Position numbers and translations under genes: made by a program
DNA from: a virus
Length of the DNA: 64,000 bases
Virus record (IMG/VR): IMGVR_UViG_3300015371_000009
Location: 1-64,000 of that record
Direction: 5' to 3' (one strand)
In this document: positions 1-10,394 of the stretch, piece by piece
Position numbering within the stretch: position 1 is the stretch's first letter
Layout: every line of letters starts with the position of its first letter
The notes under the pieces: model-generated
The model's input: only the letters and a program-made list of their open reading frames with translations
The model's database searches: none
Told to the model about the DNA's origin: nothing

Positions 1-16
1 GCAGCGGGGGCAAGAA

Positions 17-268
17 ATGAGCCGGGCCCTTGCCCTCACGCTGGCGCTCGCGCTCACGTGCGTCAGCGCACACGCGCAAACCCAGCAGCGGTTTTATGAT
101 CCGCGCGGCAACAGTGTCGGCACGGTCACCGTCGGGCCCAGCGGGCAAATGCGGTTCTACGATGCCAGAGGCAATAGCCAAGGCACGGCAACCACGAACA
201 GCCAAGGCACCACGACGTTCTACGATGCCAAGGGCAACGTCACCGGCCGTGCGGCGGGGAGGAAGTGA
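17..268 (+). CDS. small secreted protein with three FYD(A/P)xGN repeats
   Basis: Signal peptide ending AHA; repeats FYDPRGN, FYDARGN, FYDAKGN. Confidence 0.7.
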   Translation: MSRALALTLALALTCVSAHAQTQQRFYDPRGNSVGTVTVGPSGQMRFYDARGNSQGTATTNSQGTTTFYDAKGNVTGRAAGRK

Positions 269-519
269 TGCAACGCTTTCTCAGCATCGCTCTGGCACTG
301 AGCCTCGCCGGCTGTGCGACGGCTGCAGAGCGGCTCGCCGCCGACAACGCGCATTGCCAAAGCATGGGGCTCAAATTCGGCACCCCTGAATTCGCGCAAT
401 GCCGGATGGTGCAGGACTTGCGACACGACGCCGATCGCCGTGCTGCGGCCGCCGCTATTTCGGCGGCCGGCCGCAGTTTCCAAACGCCGAGTGTCAACGT
501 CTACCATTACGGGCGATGA
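265..519 (+). CDS. small lipoprotein
   Basis: Lipobox LAGC after hydrophobic leader; GTGATG-type stop/start coupling to the upstream ORF. Confidence 0.7.
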   Translation: MMQRFLSIALALSLAGCATAAERLAADNAHCQSMGLKFGTPEFAQCRMVQDLRHDADRRAAAAAISAAGRSFQTPSVNVYHYGR

Positions 520-539
520 TCGGAACTTAAAGCAAACAC

Positions 540-572
540 AAGGCCGCCGCACATGGCGGCCTTTTTTGTTTT
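540..572 (+). terminator. Rho-independent terminator
   Basis: aaggccgcc-gcacat-ggcggcctt followed by T tract, between convergent genes. Confidence 0.8.
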
Positions 573-690
573 CAGCACTCCCCGCCGCGTTTGCCCAGGT
601 CCTTGCAAATAGCCGGCCGCTTGTCGAAGCGCTCGGCCGTGCTTGAGCACGACGCCAGCAACACCGACATGGCCAGCAGCGCTGCGATGA

Positions 691-1008
691 TCATTGCCGC
701 AGATACTCCTCAAGCGCGCGTGCCGCGGCCTGCTTGCCTTCCTCGGTCGTGGTGTCGGCTTCGATGATCTTGTCGGCGATCCGCGCCAGTCGCGGCGGCA
801 GCGCCTGACCCGGCGCCGTGAATACGACAAACGGTTTATCGAGCACCACCGCGGCGCCGATTTGCAGCATGAACTGAATGTCGGTGGCGCCGCGCTCGGG
901 CGCGATGACCAGGAAGTGCGCCGACCCGGAAATTTTCGGCAGCACCAGCTTGCGAAAATCCTCGGCGTAGCGCCGCCAGTCATCACTTTCAAACGGATCG
1001 TTGCTCAT
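691..1008 (-). CDS. hypothetical protein
   Basis: RBS GGAG, last gene of a leftward operon. Confidence 0.6.
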   Translation of the reverse strand: MSNDPFESDDWRRYAEDFRKLVLPKISGSAHFLVIAPERGATDIQFMLQIGAAVVLDKPFVVFTAPGQALPPRLARIADKIIEADTTTEEGKQAAARALEEYLRQ

Positions 1009-1011
1009 GGT

Positions 1012-1620
1012 TCAACTCCCAAATTTGCTGATGAACTCGGCGAGCGGCCGTTCGGGCACCGACGTGCCGTTCCGAATCTCGTGCCATTGGCCATCAACCA
1101 ACGACGGCGGCAACAGCGTGAATGCCTTTTTGGCGTCGTAGCGGATCAATGCGGCGTAGCCGTCACGGCCGCGCCGATCGAGGTAGGCGAGCAGCGCCGG
1201 ATCACGCCATGCTTCCGGAAACGCCGGATCGACCCACACTTGAATCACCGGAATGTCGCGATGCGTCGCAACAGGATCATCCGGGTCATTGAGCGTGATG
1301 TAATCCGGAATGACGTCGAGCACATAGTGCACGCGATCGGGCCGGTGCAAGTCGGCGGTATCGTCCATCGTCAGCCAGCGGCAATTCCAGTGCTTGCACG
1401 ACTTCGGCATTCCTGGCTTGTTGTAGACCGCACAGCCTTTCTTGAAACGCTGGTGCGGGCAGCGCTCGCCGGCTCGCTTGTAGAAGTTGCCCGGCAGATC
1501 GACACCGTTGACGCGAAGGTCGCCGTGCACCGGAAGTAGGCGGCAACACAAAGTGCAACCGCCGCAGCTCCGCGTCGTGTCGGGATTGGAAATTGTAATC
1601 GTGACCTTGTCGCCAGTCAT
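1012..1620 (-). CDS. cysteine-cluster protein (YkgJ-like CxxCxxCC)
   Basis: CGGCTLCC...CPH...CAVY...PKSC...C pattern. Confidence 0.65.
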   Translation of the reverse strand: MTGDKVTITISNPDTTRSCGGCTLCCRLLPVHGDLRVNGVDLPGNFYKRAGERCPHQRFKKGCAVYNKPGMPKSCKHWNCRWLTMDDTADLHRPDRVHYVLDVIPDYITLNDPDDPVATHRDIPVIQVWVDPAFPEAWRDPALLAYLDRRGRDGYAALIRYDAKKAFTLLPPSLVDGQWHEIRNGTSVPERPLAEFISKFGS

Positions 1621-1859
1621 TGCTCAAACTTCGCAATCTGCGGCGCGCATTCGATGCAAATCTTTTTCGGGTTGCGCGGAGCGTGCCAGCGGAAGATCAC
1701 GCGCCGGCCACAGCGGCAGCACAGCCCGACCAGGTTGTCAGTGAACGGCGACTTGGTGCCCTCGAGCATGCACACGACATAATCCGCATTCTCGGCCTCG
1801 TTATCGGATACCACTCTCATCGGCACGCCGGCCACCGTGACCGTTTTTCTTTTGGTCAT
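1617..1859 (-). CDS. small Zn-ribbon protein
   Basis: CCRCG...CIEC; 4-nt overlaps with neighbours. Confidence 0.55.
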   Translation of the reverse strand: MTKRKTVTVAGVPMRVVSDNEAENADYVVCMLEGTKSPFTDNLVGLCCRCGRRVIFRWHAPRNPKKICIECAPQIAKFEQ

Positions 1860-2028
1860 GGCGCGTCCTGCTCTTTGCGGAATTGTCCGATCGCCGCGAT
1901 CAGGTCGGTGAGGCCCTGCGTCAGCGCTGCGATCGCCTGGGTGTGATAGTGCTGCGCCAGTCCAACCAGCACGAGCGTGATGCCGTTCAAGATTAGGACC
2001 AGCATCAGAAAAAAGTATTGGGTGTCAG

Positions 2029-2259
2029 TCATGTGACTGGGCGTTCCTTCGGTGGCCACTCCGCTTGCCAAATCCACATTTTGATGTCGGGTGACCATTT
2101 ATAGATTTCGACGCGACACGGTTGGCTCTCGGCGCCGCCGGTTGGATCGAGCGTGATGCCGCCGGTCTTGATCGGTATGCGCACGATTGGCATTTGCGCC
2201 GCCATGTCACGGCCGTTCAATGGACCACCAGCACAGCGCCCGGCATACTTTTCAGTCAT
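2029..2259 (-). CDS. hypothetical protein (GGPxxG motif)
   Basis: CAGGPLNG N-terminal motif common in small phage proteins; start reassigned to MTEKY. Confidence 0.5.
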   Translation of the reverse strand: MTEKYAGRCAGGPLNGRDMAAQMPIVRIPIKTGGITLDPTGGAESQPCRVEIYKWSPDIKMWIWQAEWPPKERPVT

Positions 2260-2695
2260 TGCTCGGGCTCGGTTCGATTTCGATGACGTTGACAGCAAAC
2301 CGGTTCGGCGAAAATTCCTCGATCCACATCCGGCCGGTGGCCGGGGCCGGCGGGAATTTCCGAAAGCCGAATTCCCTGCTCAAGTCGGCCATCAGCGCCG
2401 GGTGTGGCAGATGGTCTTTGCCGGGCTTGCCGGTCGACACCGAGAGGTGACGAAACATGCCGGCCGGCTGCTCCTCGAAACTGAGCGCCGCGGTAACGCC
2501 GCCCTCGAAATGCACCGCGATCGACGGCGGCACGTCATCCGGCCGGGTGCCGCGTTCGTTGAGCATCAGCGTTGGCTTTGGATCGGCGATGGCGATGTGC
2601 TTGAGCCGCTCCCACATGATGACGTTGGCGCGGGCAACTTCGATGGCGCGGGCAATCTCGCCGCGCTTGGCTTGGTCGATCACCAGGATTGTCAT
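2252..2695 (-). CDS. hypothetical protein
   Basis: Start reassigned to MTILVID after GGAGG; HLSVS motif. Confidence 0.55.
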   Translation of the reverse strand: MTILVIDQAKRGEIARAIEVARANVIMWERLKHIAIADPKPTLMLNERGTRPDDVPPSIAVHFEGGVTAALSFEEQPAGMFRHLSVSTGKPGKDHLPHPALMADLSREFGFRKFPPAPATGRMWIEEFSPNRFAVNVIEIEPSPSND

Positions 2696-2964
2696 AGCCA
2701 CACCTCCACGACCGCTCGATCGTCTTTGTCGAACCGTGGCAGACAGTGTAACCCGCGCGGCACCAGCCGGCGCAGTTCGTCGACGGTCTTCGCCTTCCAA
2801 GCGACGCTGTCGGCGTAGACCTTGCCGCCGGGCATGATGAAAAACGCCCGCAGCACGAAGTCCTCCGGGTGATCGGCCGGGCGATCGAAGATGACCCATT
2901 GCACCATCACGGTGCCGGGCGGCGGCTCGCGCTCGGACGGCCGGCGGTCAACAACGTCGTTCAT
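2692..2964 (-). CDS. hypothetical protein
   Basis: Start MNDVVD overlapping upstream stop. Confidence 0.55.
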   Translation of the reverse strand: MNDVVDRRPSEREPPPGTVMVQWVIFDRPADHPEDFVLRAFFIMPGGKVYADSVAWKAKTVDELRRLVPRGLHCLPRFDKDDRAVVEVWL

Positions 2965-3236
2965 CCCGCCCCCTGCGCTTGCATTTTTTCCATGATCATC
3001 TGTTCGTTTGGCGGGATCAGCTCGCGCACGCATTTTATGTGTTCCTGTAGCAGCACCTCGCGCCACTCCGCGGCGTCGGGGCCCATGTGACCGGCCAGCA
3101 GCATCGCCAGCAAGTCGGCGAGCGCGCCGGAGACAACGCCGGGATCGTTGCCGGCGAGGATCGGGCGGATGCGCTCGACAAGCTCTTGCGACTTCAAGGC
3201 CGCTTCGACCGGGTCCATCATGATTGTCGGTCCCAT
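2961..3236 (-). CDS. hypothetical helical protein
   Basis: Operon-coupled ORF. Confidence 0.5.
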   Translation of the reverse strand: MGPTIMMDPVEAALKSQELVERIRPILAGNDPGVVSGALADLLAMLLAGHMGPDAAEWREVLLQEHIKCVRELIPPNEQMIMEKMQAQGAG

Positions 3237-3517
3237 TCCGGTGGCGCGTCGCCGTCGCGGATCGCGGCCCTGAGAATTGTCGGCACCAGCTCATCGGCCA
3301 AGCCGACCAGCGTGTTGCGCACGTCGGCGCGATGCACCGGCGCCACCGCGGCAAGGTGGTGCGCGAGCAGGATGGCGATCGCGGCGCCCTGAATCACCGG
3401 CGACTCGTCGGCTATCTCGTTGGCAAATTTCTTGACCAGCGCCTCGGCGGCATCGCATGCCGTTTCGAACTGAGTGGTGACCATCGACTCATCGCTTTCC
3501 GACCCCTTCAAACGCAA
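3218..3517 (-). CDS. hypothetical helical protein
   Basis: Operon-coupled ORF; loosely resembles 2961-3236. Confidence 0.45.
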   Translation of the reverse strand: MRLKGSESDESMVTTQFETACDAAEALVKKFANEIADESPVIQGAAIAILLAHHLAAVAPVHRADVRNTLVGLADELVPTILRAAIRDGDAPPEWDRQS

Positions 3518-3522
3518 TCAAT

Positions 3523-3930
3523 TCATGCAGCACCATTCCGCTTTTTCTTGGCCCTGGCCACGCGTTTTTTCGCCTGGGCCTTTTGCTTTGGCGTGCCGTA
3601 CTTCAACAGCCACGTGGCCTGCTTTTCCATCTCCTGGCGCCAGTCGAGGTCGCGCACGCGCTCGAACGCTGGCGTCACGGTTCCGTCCTTGTTCAAGTGA
3701 TCGTGCCGCACGAAGCCAAGCGACCCGGACACGCTGGTCAGCGTGTCATTCTGCGGCCGGCGCGTCGCGCCAGTGCGCCAGCCTTCGATGGTGCCGGTGG
3801 CCACACCGGATACCGCGCTCACCGCGCTGGATTTCAGCCCCACGTCTTCGATCGCGGCGTTGATCGCGTCGCAAATTGGGTCCTTGTCATGCCAGCGATA
3901 CGTGCGCCGATAGATTTGAATCCGGGCCAT
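3523..3930 (-). CDS. putative HTH DNA-binding protein
   Basis: SAVSAVSGVATGTIEGWRTGATRRP resembles an XRE-type HTH. Confidence 0.55.
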   Translation of the reverse strand: MARIQIYRRTYRWHDKDPICDAINAAIEDVGLKSSAVSAVSGVATGTIEGWRTGATRRPQNDTLTSVSGSLGFVRHDHLNKDGTVTPAFERVRDLDWRQEMEKQATWLLKYGTPKQKAQAKKRVARAKKKRNGAA

Positions 3931-3933
3931 GGG

Positions 3934-4305
3934 CTACGCCTTGCCTTTGGCGGTCAAGGACCAGACGCCTTCCTTGTCGCTGCGGATTTTTCCCACACTC
4001 TTGAGCGCGTGAATTGGCGACTCAATCGAGCGCGCCGATCGGCCTTGCTCCTCGAACGCCTTGCGCAGCTCCGGCCGCCTCATTCCGCCTTTGGCCAGCA
4101 GCTTCAGGATCGCAACATCGCCCGACTCAGTGAACGTGCCGCGCGGCTTGCCGGCGCCGTTGGCCTTGGCCGGCTTGCCGGTCTTGCCGGGCCGGTCGAG
4201 GTCGAGGTGCAACTTGACCACGCCCGGCATGCTGTTCAATTTGCGGATCACCTTGCCGAATAAGGCTTCCTCGACTTCGACTCCGACGATGAAAGGTTTT
4301 GGCAT
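3934..4305 (-). CDS. putative winged-helix protein
   Basis: C-terminal ILKLL...LKSVGKI...GVWSLT wHTH-like pattern. Confidence 0.5.
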   Translation of the reverse strand: MPKPFIVGVEVEEALFGKVIRKLNSMPGVVKLHLDLDRPGKTGKPAKANGAGKPRGTFTESGDVAILKLLAKGGMRRPELRKAFEEQGRSARSIESPIHALKSVGKIRSDKEGVWSLTAKGKA

Positions 4306-4439
4306 AACGCGTTACTCCGTTGGTTTGGGTTGACGGTGCGGGAACCGCCGGTCCCCCTCGCTGCGGCTCTCTCTCGCAAAGCCGGCGGCTCCCGCTCGAG
4401 GAGTGGCGGCGACGGGTTTAAGCCGCCACGCCCTCGAAT

Positions 4440-4715
4440 TCATGTCCTCCTCTTGCGCCGGTCGGGCGGTATTGGCGCACCGACGTCTTCGAAAAAATTC
4501 TTGACTTGGCAGTGCAGCGCGTCGGCCAGCGATTGCGCCACCGACGAATTCAGTTTGGTGCGGCCGTGTTCGATGTTCTTGATGGTTTGCAGACTCAAGC
4601 CGGCCGCGTTGGCCAGCTTGCCTTGCGTCATGACCCGCGCGCCGCGAATCGCGCGCAGCCGTTTGCCAAAGCTATCCCTGTTGCCGGCAGCGGTCGGTCT
4701 GGCCGAACTGGGCAT
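4440..4715 (-). CDS. XRE-family HTH regulator
   Basis: FGKRLRAIR...MTQGKLANAAGLSLQTIKNIEHG...LADAL. Confidence 0.85.
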   Translation of the reverse strand: MPSSARPTAAGNRDSFGKRLRAIRGARVMTQGKLANAAGLSLQTIKNIEHGRTKLNSSVAQSLADALHCQVKNFFEDVGAPIPPDRRKRRT

Positions 4716-5031
4716 AACAGCGTTTCCAGTATCGAGGCAGGGCTATAGTGTAGGTGACGATTTTACCTTGCGCAACTTGATGTGGCCGGATTCCGGGCGC
4801 CTAAATATTGAGTTGGGCCCGAGGCCTTCAGACTGGGAATTAACCCTAGTAACGCCCCTCGGACCGCGTCTTCCAGGTGCGTCGGCGTGAAGGGTCGGCG
4901 CACCCACGCTCTGCGAGGCGCTGTGGTTACGCCCTGCCGAACATGCGAAGCGATCCGTCGGGCCGCCCGTGCGGCCGCTGCTCGTTTAATGGGCAAGGTT
5001 AACCCCGCGCCGCCAACACCGGGAGGCGCCG

Positions 5032-5268
5032 ATGATCGAACCAGACCCCGACGTCCTGTCGGACATCCAGGTCGCCAACTCTTACCGAATCGGCAATTGC
5101 GACAACCCTGAGTGCCGGGCGTTTCACATCATCCTGCTGGATGAGGACGACGAACCGTTCGCCGCCTGCTCGATCCCGTTCGACAACATCGTCAGCTTGA
5201 TGGAAAAAATGCGCGACCACGTGCACGAGCAACGCAATCGCGGACCGGAGGTCGACGGCCATGCCTGA
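5032..5268 (+). CDS. hypothetical protein
   Basis: GGGAGG RBS; acidic with CxxxxC. Confidence 0.55.
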   Translation: MIEPDPDVLSDIQVANSYRIGNCDNPECRAFHIILLDEDDEPFAACSIPFDNIVSLMEKMRDHVHEQRNRGPEVDGHA

Positions 5269-5659
5269 CCGCCGGTGCTGCATTTGCGGCGGTGCATTCG
5301 AAACCAGGTGCAACAAGAAAACTTGCAGCCCGGCCTGCGCGAAGGAGCACGAACGGCGGCGCAATCAAGCGTACGAACGCAGCCACGACCGCCGCGAATA
5401 CTATCGGCAATATCATCAGGCCCATCGCGAGCACCGCAACGCCATGATGCGCGCGCGTTACAAGCTGTATGGCGAGCAAGATCGGCAGAACACCGCGCTT
5501 CATGCGCGCGAGAAACAGGCGGCGCGGTTGGCGCAGCGACATGCGCAAATGGCGCGGTGGCGGCAAAAAAACGCGCTGGCGCTCAAGGTGCAGCACGAAT
5601 GGCGCGTGACAATTCGCGAAGCCCGGCGCATGATCGAAACCGGCACTTTCCCTGAGTAG
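5261..5659 (+). CDS. Zn-finger helical protein
   Basis: CCICG...CSPAC; similar to 15126-15362. Confidence 0.6.
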   Translation: MPDRRCCICGGAFETRCNKKTCSPACAKEHERRRNQAYERSHDRREYYRQYHQAHREHRNAMMRARYKLYGEQDRQNTALHAREKQAARLAQRHAQMARWRQKNALALKVQHEWRVTIREARRMIETGTFPE

Positions 5660-6353
5660 GAGCACGCGCCGCCGGGCCTAATCATTTCTGACGCCCATGA
5701 TGAAGGTGCCCGGCGGCGCTGTTTACCGAAAACCAAATGACCCACGAACGCGACCACCGCTGCGTCCTGAATGACTTCGGCGAATGCATCAGCTATCGCG
5801 CCGCCGACTGTTTGTGCGCGCTGATGCCGCCCGACGTCTATCGCATGGCGCAGCGACTGGCGGCGGCCGCGGCGTGTCCGACATGTGGCGCGACTCAACC
5901 TATCCGCGCGGTCGATTCCAAACCCGCCGAAAAAATTTTGCTCAAGGACTTAGCGCCAGAACTCGACGGCGCCGATTGAGGAATTCGCCGCGGCTCGAGC
6001 ACAACCGAATTGCGATTCTCACGAATTGTTACACCTAACTCTGAGCAATCCGCAGCACGATCGGTGCTAAGTCTTTGATCGTCGCGCCTGGTTGCATTCA
6101 AAATCGCCAGCAAAACCGTAATTCATTTCGGCCGAAAGTGCCGGATTGTCTTTTCGCGTCAACGGCAAAATTTTCAGAATCGCAGTGCTGCGGAGAGTGT
6201 CCCGCGCCGCGTGATAAAATGCTGTTGCGTTCCGGTCAGAGCGGGACGCGGGCTGTTTGACATTGTGAACCGAACAACGGCCAAGGCCCGACCGCCGCGT
6301 GAACGGCGACCGGGCCCCTGACACCCAACGTGAACCTGAGAGGATAAAACCAA

Positions 6354-6896
6354 ATGACGACACTACAGACGCGCCGACATAACGATCTTGTCGCACAGCT
6401 GGGAAAAGAAAACCAGCGCCGTGATGACCTGATCGCGAAACTGGTGAAGTCCGACGGCAAGGTCCAGAAGCTGCGCCGGGCGGTGGTCCGGTCGAGCAAA
6501 AGACTGGATAGCCTGCGGCTGCAGGGTCCATCGACCCCGCCGCCGCCGGCACCGGCACCGGCGCCAGCGCCGGAACCGAAGCCAGCACCGAAGTCCGGTG
6601 ATGTCACGGAAATCTCATGGGCCGAGATGACCGGCGCCAACCTAGTCGAAGCCGATGAGCCGCCGATCCCGGCGTTCCTGGATCGGAAGGCCAACGGCAA
6701 GCCAGACCCTGACGCCGACATCCGGCGCGAAGCCGACCGGCGCTGGCGGAACTGGACGCCCGGCAAGAACGCCAAAGGCCAGACCAAGCTCAGCCGGCCG
6801 CCGCTGCGCTCATTCATCAAAGAGGTGAAGGATGAGCGGACGCGGATGCCACTGACCGGCCGCGCCGCGCTTGAGGCGATCCGAAAGGCCAAATGA
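6354..6896 (+). CDS. hypothetical protein (coiled coil, Pro-rich linker, IPAFL motif)
   Basis: GAGG RBS, followed by a terminator. Confidence 0.65.
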   Translation: MTTLQTRRHNDLVAQLGKENQRRDDLIAKLVKSDGKVQKLRRAVVRSSKRLDSLRLQGPSTPPPPAPAPAPAPEPKPAPKSGDVTEISWAEMTGANLVEADEPPIPAFLDRKANGKPDPDADIRREADRRWRNWTPGKNAKGQTKLSRPPLRSFIKEVKDERTRMPLTGRAALEAIRKAK

Positions 6897-6901
6897 CCAA
6901 C

Positions 6902-6933
6902 AGCCGCCCCCTCACCGGGGCGGCTTTCTTTTT
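6902..6933 (+). terminator. Rho-independent terminator
   Basis: agccgcccc-ctcacc-ggggcggct then ttcttttt. Confidence 0.75.
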
Positions 6934-6976
6934 GCGCCGATGGTTGGCAAGCTGCTACCAGAGGACGGAGGCCATA

Positions 6977-7270
6977 ATGACCGATTTCAAAGATTTAGCG
7001 CCAGAGCAGCGACTCGGCGATGCGCCGATCGAGGAAAAAGCGCGCGGGGTCATGAACGCGATCGCGCGCGGGCTCGATCAAATCCTCAACGGCGACGCCA
7101 AGGGCAAGGACAAAAAGGTGGGCTTCGTCGTGATGCTGTTCGAGTACGGCGACCACAGCGGCCGCTGCAACTACATCAGCAACGGCGCCGATCGGAAGGA
7201 CGTGGTCGCGCTCATGAAGGAAATGATCGCGCGCTTCGAAGGCCAGCCGGAAATGAAGGGGCACGCATGA
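6977..7270 (+). CDS. hypothetical phage protein
   Basis: Start MTDFKD after GGAGG; CNYISNG motif. Confidence 0.65.
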   Translation: MTDFKDLAPEQRLGDAPIEEKARGVMNAIARGLDQILNGDAKGKDKKVGFVVMLFEYGDHSGRCNYISNGADRKDVVALMKEMIARFEGQPEMKGHA

Positions 7271-7497
7271 GCGACGGGCCCGGCAACGTCCACGAGATAA
7301 CCGGCTTCATACATTGTGGCTTGTGCCTCGCAGAGAAACCGCCCGATCAGTCGGCGCAGGAGTGGGCGCGGCTGGAAGTCGGCTGGACCAAGCGCGGCTT
7401 TCAGGTTTGGTGCTACCGGCACAATTGCAATGTGATGCACGTCGATTTCGAAGGTCAGACTCACCCGGCCAACGTGACTCGAAGGGGACATTCATGA
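7267..7497 (+). CDS. small Cys/His protein
   Basis: ATGA coupling; HCGLC...WCYRH. Confidence 0.6.
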   Translation: MSDGPGNVHEITGFIHCGLCLAEKPPDQSAQEWARLEVGWTKRGFQVWCYRHNCNVMHVDFEGQTHPANVTRRGHS

Positions 7498-7823
7498 GAG
7501 CCACCGCTGCTGTGTTCGCGCTGCTGATTGCGCAAGCTGCGCTCGCCCAGGATCAACCAGGCGGCGAGGAGTTGTGCCAACGCGGCGCCGTGATCGTGGT
7601 CGAGGGCTTCAAGAAAGAGAATCCGAATCTGCCGCCGGATTACTTTCATCTTGAGAACGTCAAGCTGGCGTTCCCGACTACGGACGGCGTGATTTGTCAG
7701 GCCGATTTTGTGTTCAGCGATCCGCGGATCGCGCCGCGCAACCAGCCGTTCCCGGTGAAGCCTGCCGCTGACGGCAAGATTCAGGTTTGCAATCGGCAGG
7801 GTAAGTGCACGGACCCGCAGTGA
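7494..7823 (+). CDS. secreted Cys-containing protein
   Basis: Signal peptide MRATAAVFALLIAQAALA. Confidence 0.55.
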   Translation: MRATAAVFALLIAQAALAQDQPGGEELCQRGAVIVVEGFKKENPNLPPDYFHLENVKLAFPTTDGVICQADFVFSDPRIAPRNQPFPVKPAADGKIQVCNRQGKCTDPQ

Positions 7824-8010
7824 TGCCGCTCGACGAATCCGTGCCGCGCTATTGCTCCGACCACGCGACGTTCAAGATCGCCGCCGATCGGCGCAGCATC
7901 AAGTTCTTTCCCTGCGGCACTGTCAGCCATCACGCCGAAGACGTGCGGCATCGCTACTGCGCAAGGTGCCACCGGTTTTTCGAGCAGAGCAGCGAGCGCA
8001 AGGACCAACC

Positions 8011-8244
8011 ATGACAACGAAAACCTACACTGCCGAAGTGCCGGTGATCCTGACCCTGGAAGTCGAAAGCTCGATGGACCCGGAGCAGACCATCGCTGCG
8101 CTGATGGAAACATTCGAGGCGAAGACCGATCCGCTGCTGGGCACCAACCTGAAATACTGGCCGGGCGCGCAAGCTCTCAAGCAGGGCTTCATGATCGCGC
8201 GCCCCCGCGGCGCCAAGCTCAACGGCAAGGTCAAGCTGGAGTAG
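8011..8244 (+). CDS. hypothetical protein
   Basis: AAGGA RBS, start MTTKTY. Confidence 0.5.
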   Translation: MTTKTYTAEVPVILTLEVESSMDPEQTIAALMETFEAKTDPLLGTNLKYWPGAQALKQGFMIARPRGAKLNGKVKLE

Positions 8245-8247
8245 ATC

Positions 8248-8511
8248 ATGCGCACGCACGAGCATCTATCCGACGCCGCGCTCGAGGCGATTTCCAAAGG
8301 CGACTGTCCCAGCTGCGGCCACCGCGGCTTTGTCATCGGTCCGTGGGGCGGCGCTTCAATCAACATCGAATGCGCCAATCCAAGGTGCCGGGAGCGTTTT
8401 AATGTCACGCTGGTGTCTGGCACCGCGCTGATCGGTCAGAGCATCGAACGCGAAATCGACGGCGGCAGCGAATGGCCGTCGAAGCCGCGCGGGCCGGTGC
8501 CGGTGCAATGA
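8248..8511 (+). CDS. Zn-ribbon protein
   Basis: CPSCG...CANPRC. Confidence 0.5.
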   Translation: MRTHEHLSDAALEAISKGDCPSCGHRGFVIGPWGGASINIECANPRCRERFNVTLVSGTALIGQSIEREIDGGSEWPSKPRGPVPVQ

Positions 8512-8964
8512 TGAAGCTGCGCCGCTACTGCGTCACCGTCATGGACCACTGGACGCCGATGCGCGAGTTCTGGACCTTTGGCGGGGCGCTTGCCTTTGCC
8601 GCGCGCCACTTGGGAGCATCGCATTTGCATGTCTGGAATAGCGCCACCAAAACCTGGGAGGAGATACAGCGAATCTGGCTGCGCAACATTCACGATCGCT
8701 GAACCACGCCCATGACCCTTGACGAAAAAATCCGACTGATCACCACCAGGATCATGCGGGAGCGATCCGGCTCAGAGCGAATGTCGCTTCAGGAGTGGGA
8801 GGCGTTTTTGCGGGAGCTTCTCTCAACGCCATCGGCATGACTGACATCATCGCACTGATCGGGATTGCGCTTGGATGCTTCCTTTGCGGGTTCAGCCTTG
8901 GAGGCCGCGCGGATCGTTGGCTTTGTAATTACAAGGGCGGACGTTATCGCCCAAGGTATTAGGA

Positions 8965-10164
8965 ATGATCATCGCGTGCGAAACGACCGACAAGGGCTGG
9001 CGGGCGCTGACCCAAAAGGGTGAGGTGCTGGACGTCGCCTGCCGCGGCCTAGTCGCGGTGCCGGCCGGCCAGCGTGTCAAGCTCGACGGCGCCGAGATGA
9101 CGGTGCCCGATCCGCAGCCGGAAATCGTCGCCCGCTATCTGCAGCACTACAACGGCTCGGCGTCCCTGCTGCAGCTGGGCGACGCCGCCGGTGCGCTTGA
9201 GCAAATCGACGCCGCGATCGCCATCGCGCCGACCGCGCTGGCCAAGTTCAACCGATCGATCGTGCTGTTGCATCTCGGGCGCTGGGCCGAAGGCTTTGCC
9301 GGGTTTGAGGCGCGGCTGGAGCTGGGGCTGGGAAATCCGCTGGTGAAGCAAGCCAGAGGCCTGCCGCGCTGGCACGGCGAGAACCCGCGCGGGCGGCGCC
9401 TGCTGCTGGTGCACGATGCCGGCTTTGGCGATACCATAATGCTGCTGCGATACGTGCCGGTGCTGCGCGGTGCCGGCGCCGAGGTGCGGCTGCTGTTGCC
9501 GCCAGAGTTGCAACGGCTGGGCAGCCGGCTGGCGCCCCTTGGGAGCGTCGCTGAGGCCGATTGCTGGGCGCCGATGATGTCTCTCCTGCACATCGCTCGG
9601 CAAACGCCTGAGAGCACGCCGCCGGCCGCCTATCTCTATATGGCGGTGGATCGGGAGCTGACGGAGCGCTGGCGCGCTCGGCTGGGCCATGGCACCCAGC
9701 GCCGCGTCGGCATCGCGTGGTCGGTCGGTCCGAATTGCTCGGCTGATGATAACCGGCCGGTGCCGCTCGAGCGGCTTGTCGACATGATCGGGCCCGACGT
9801 CGACCTAGTGAGCGTGCAAACGCAAGGCGCCGAAGAGGCCGACCGCCACGGTATCGCGCGCTACCGGCTTGAGGACTTTGCGGACTGCGCGGCGTTGATC
9901 GCTACGCTCGACGCGGTGGTCACGGTGGACACTGCGGCGCTTCACCTTGCCGGCGCGATCGGACACCCGAAGGTCACCGGGCTATTGCCGTACGCTGCGA
10001 GCTGGCGCTGGGCGTCGCCGTGGTATCCACAAGCTCGACTGATCCGGCAGACGGCGCCCGGCGACTGGGCCAGCGTGGCTGCACAATTCCGAGAACGGAT
10101 GCCCGGCGGCGGACTCATACCAGCCATCCACCATGTCCGCATAGCTGGCGGCCTAACGCGTTAG
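8965..10164 (+). CDS. TPR-containing glycosyltransferase (GT9/heptosyltransferase-like)
   Basis: TPR-like helices, GFGDTIMLLRY, VVTVDTAALHLAGAIG, WRW...SPWYP...RQ..PGDW motifs. Confidence 0.8.
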   Translation: MIIACETTDKGWRALTQKGEVLDVACRGLVAVPAGQRVKLDGAEMTVPDPQPEIVARYLQHYNGSASLLQLGDAAGALEQIDAAIAIAPTALAKFNRSIVLLHLGRWAEGFAGFEARLELGLGNPLVKQARGLPRWHGENPRGRRLLLVHDAGFGDTIMLLRYVPVLRGAGAEVRLLLPPELQRLGSRLAPLGSVAEADCWAPMMSLLHIARQTPESTPPAAYLYMAVDRELTERWRARLGHGTQRRVGIAWSVGPNCSADDNRPVPLERLVDMIGPDVDLVSVQTQGAEEADRHGIARYRLEDFADCAALIATLDAVVTVDTAALHLAGAIGHPKVTGLLPYAASWRWASPWYPQARLIRQTAPGDWASVAAQFRERMPGGGLIPAIHHVRIAGGLTR

Positions 10165-10394
10165 GCGCGAAGTTGAAACGGGTTGCCGACGATCGCTGCA
10201 CGTGAAACACTGCGGTGCGTTCGGCGCCGGGCCAACGAACAGGTGACACCCGTTTGATGCTTGCCCGCTCCGCCGACGCCTGACTGGGCCAGAGCAGACA
10301 CGTCACCCGTGAAGGAATTGCCCCGTCAGTCCCTACCCGCCGCCGGGCCATCGACGCCTTGATGCCCAATAAGCGGATGCCCGACGGCGGCCCT

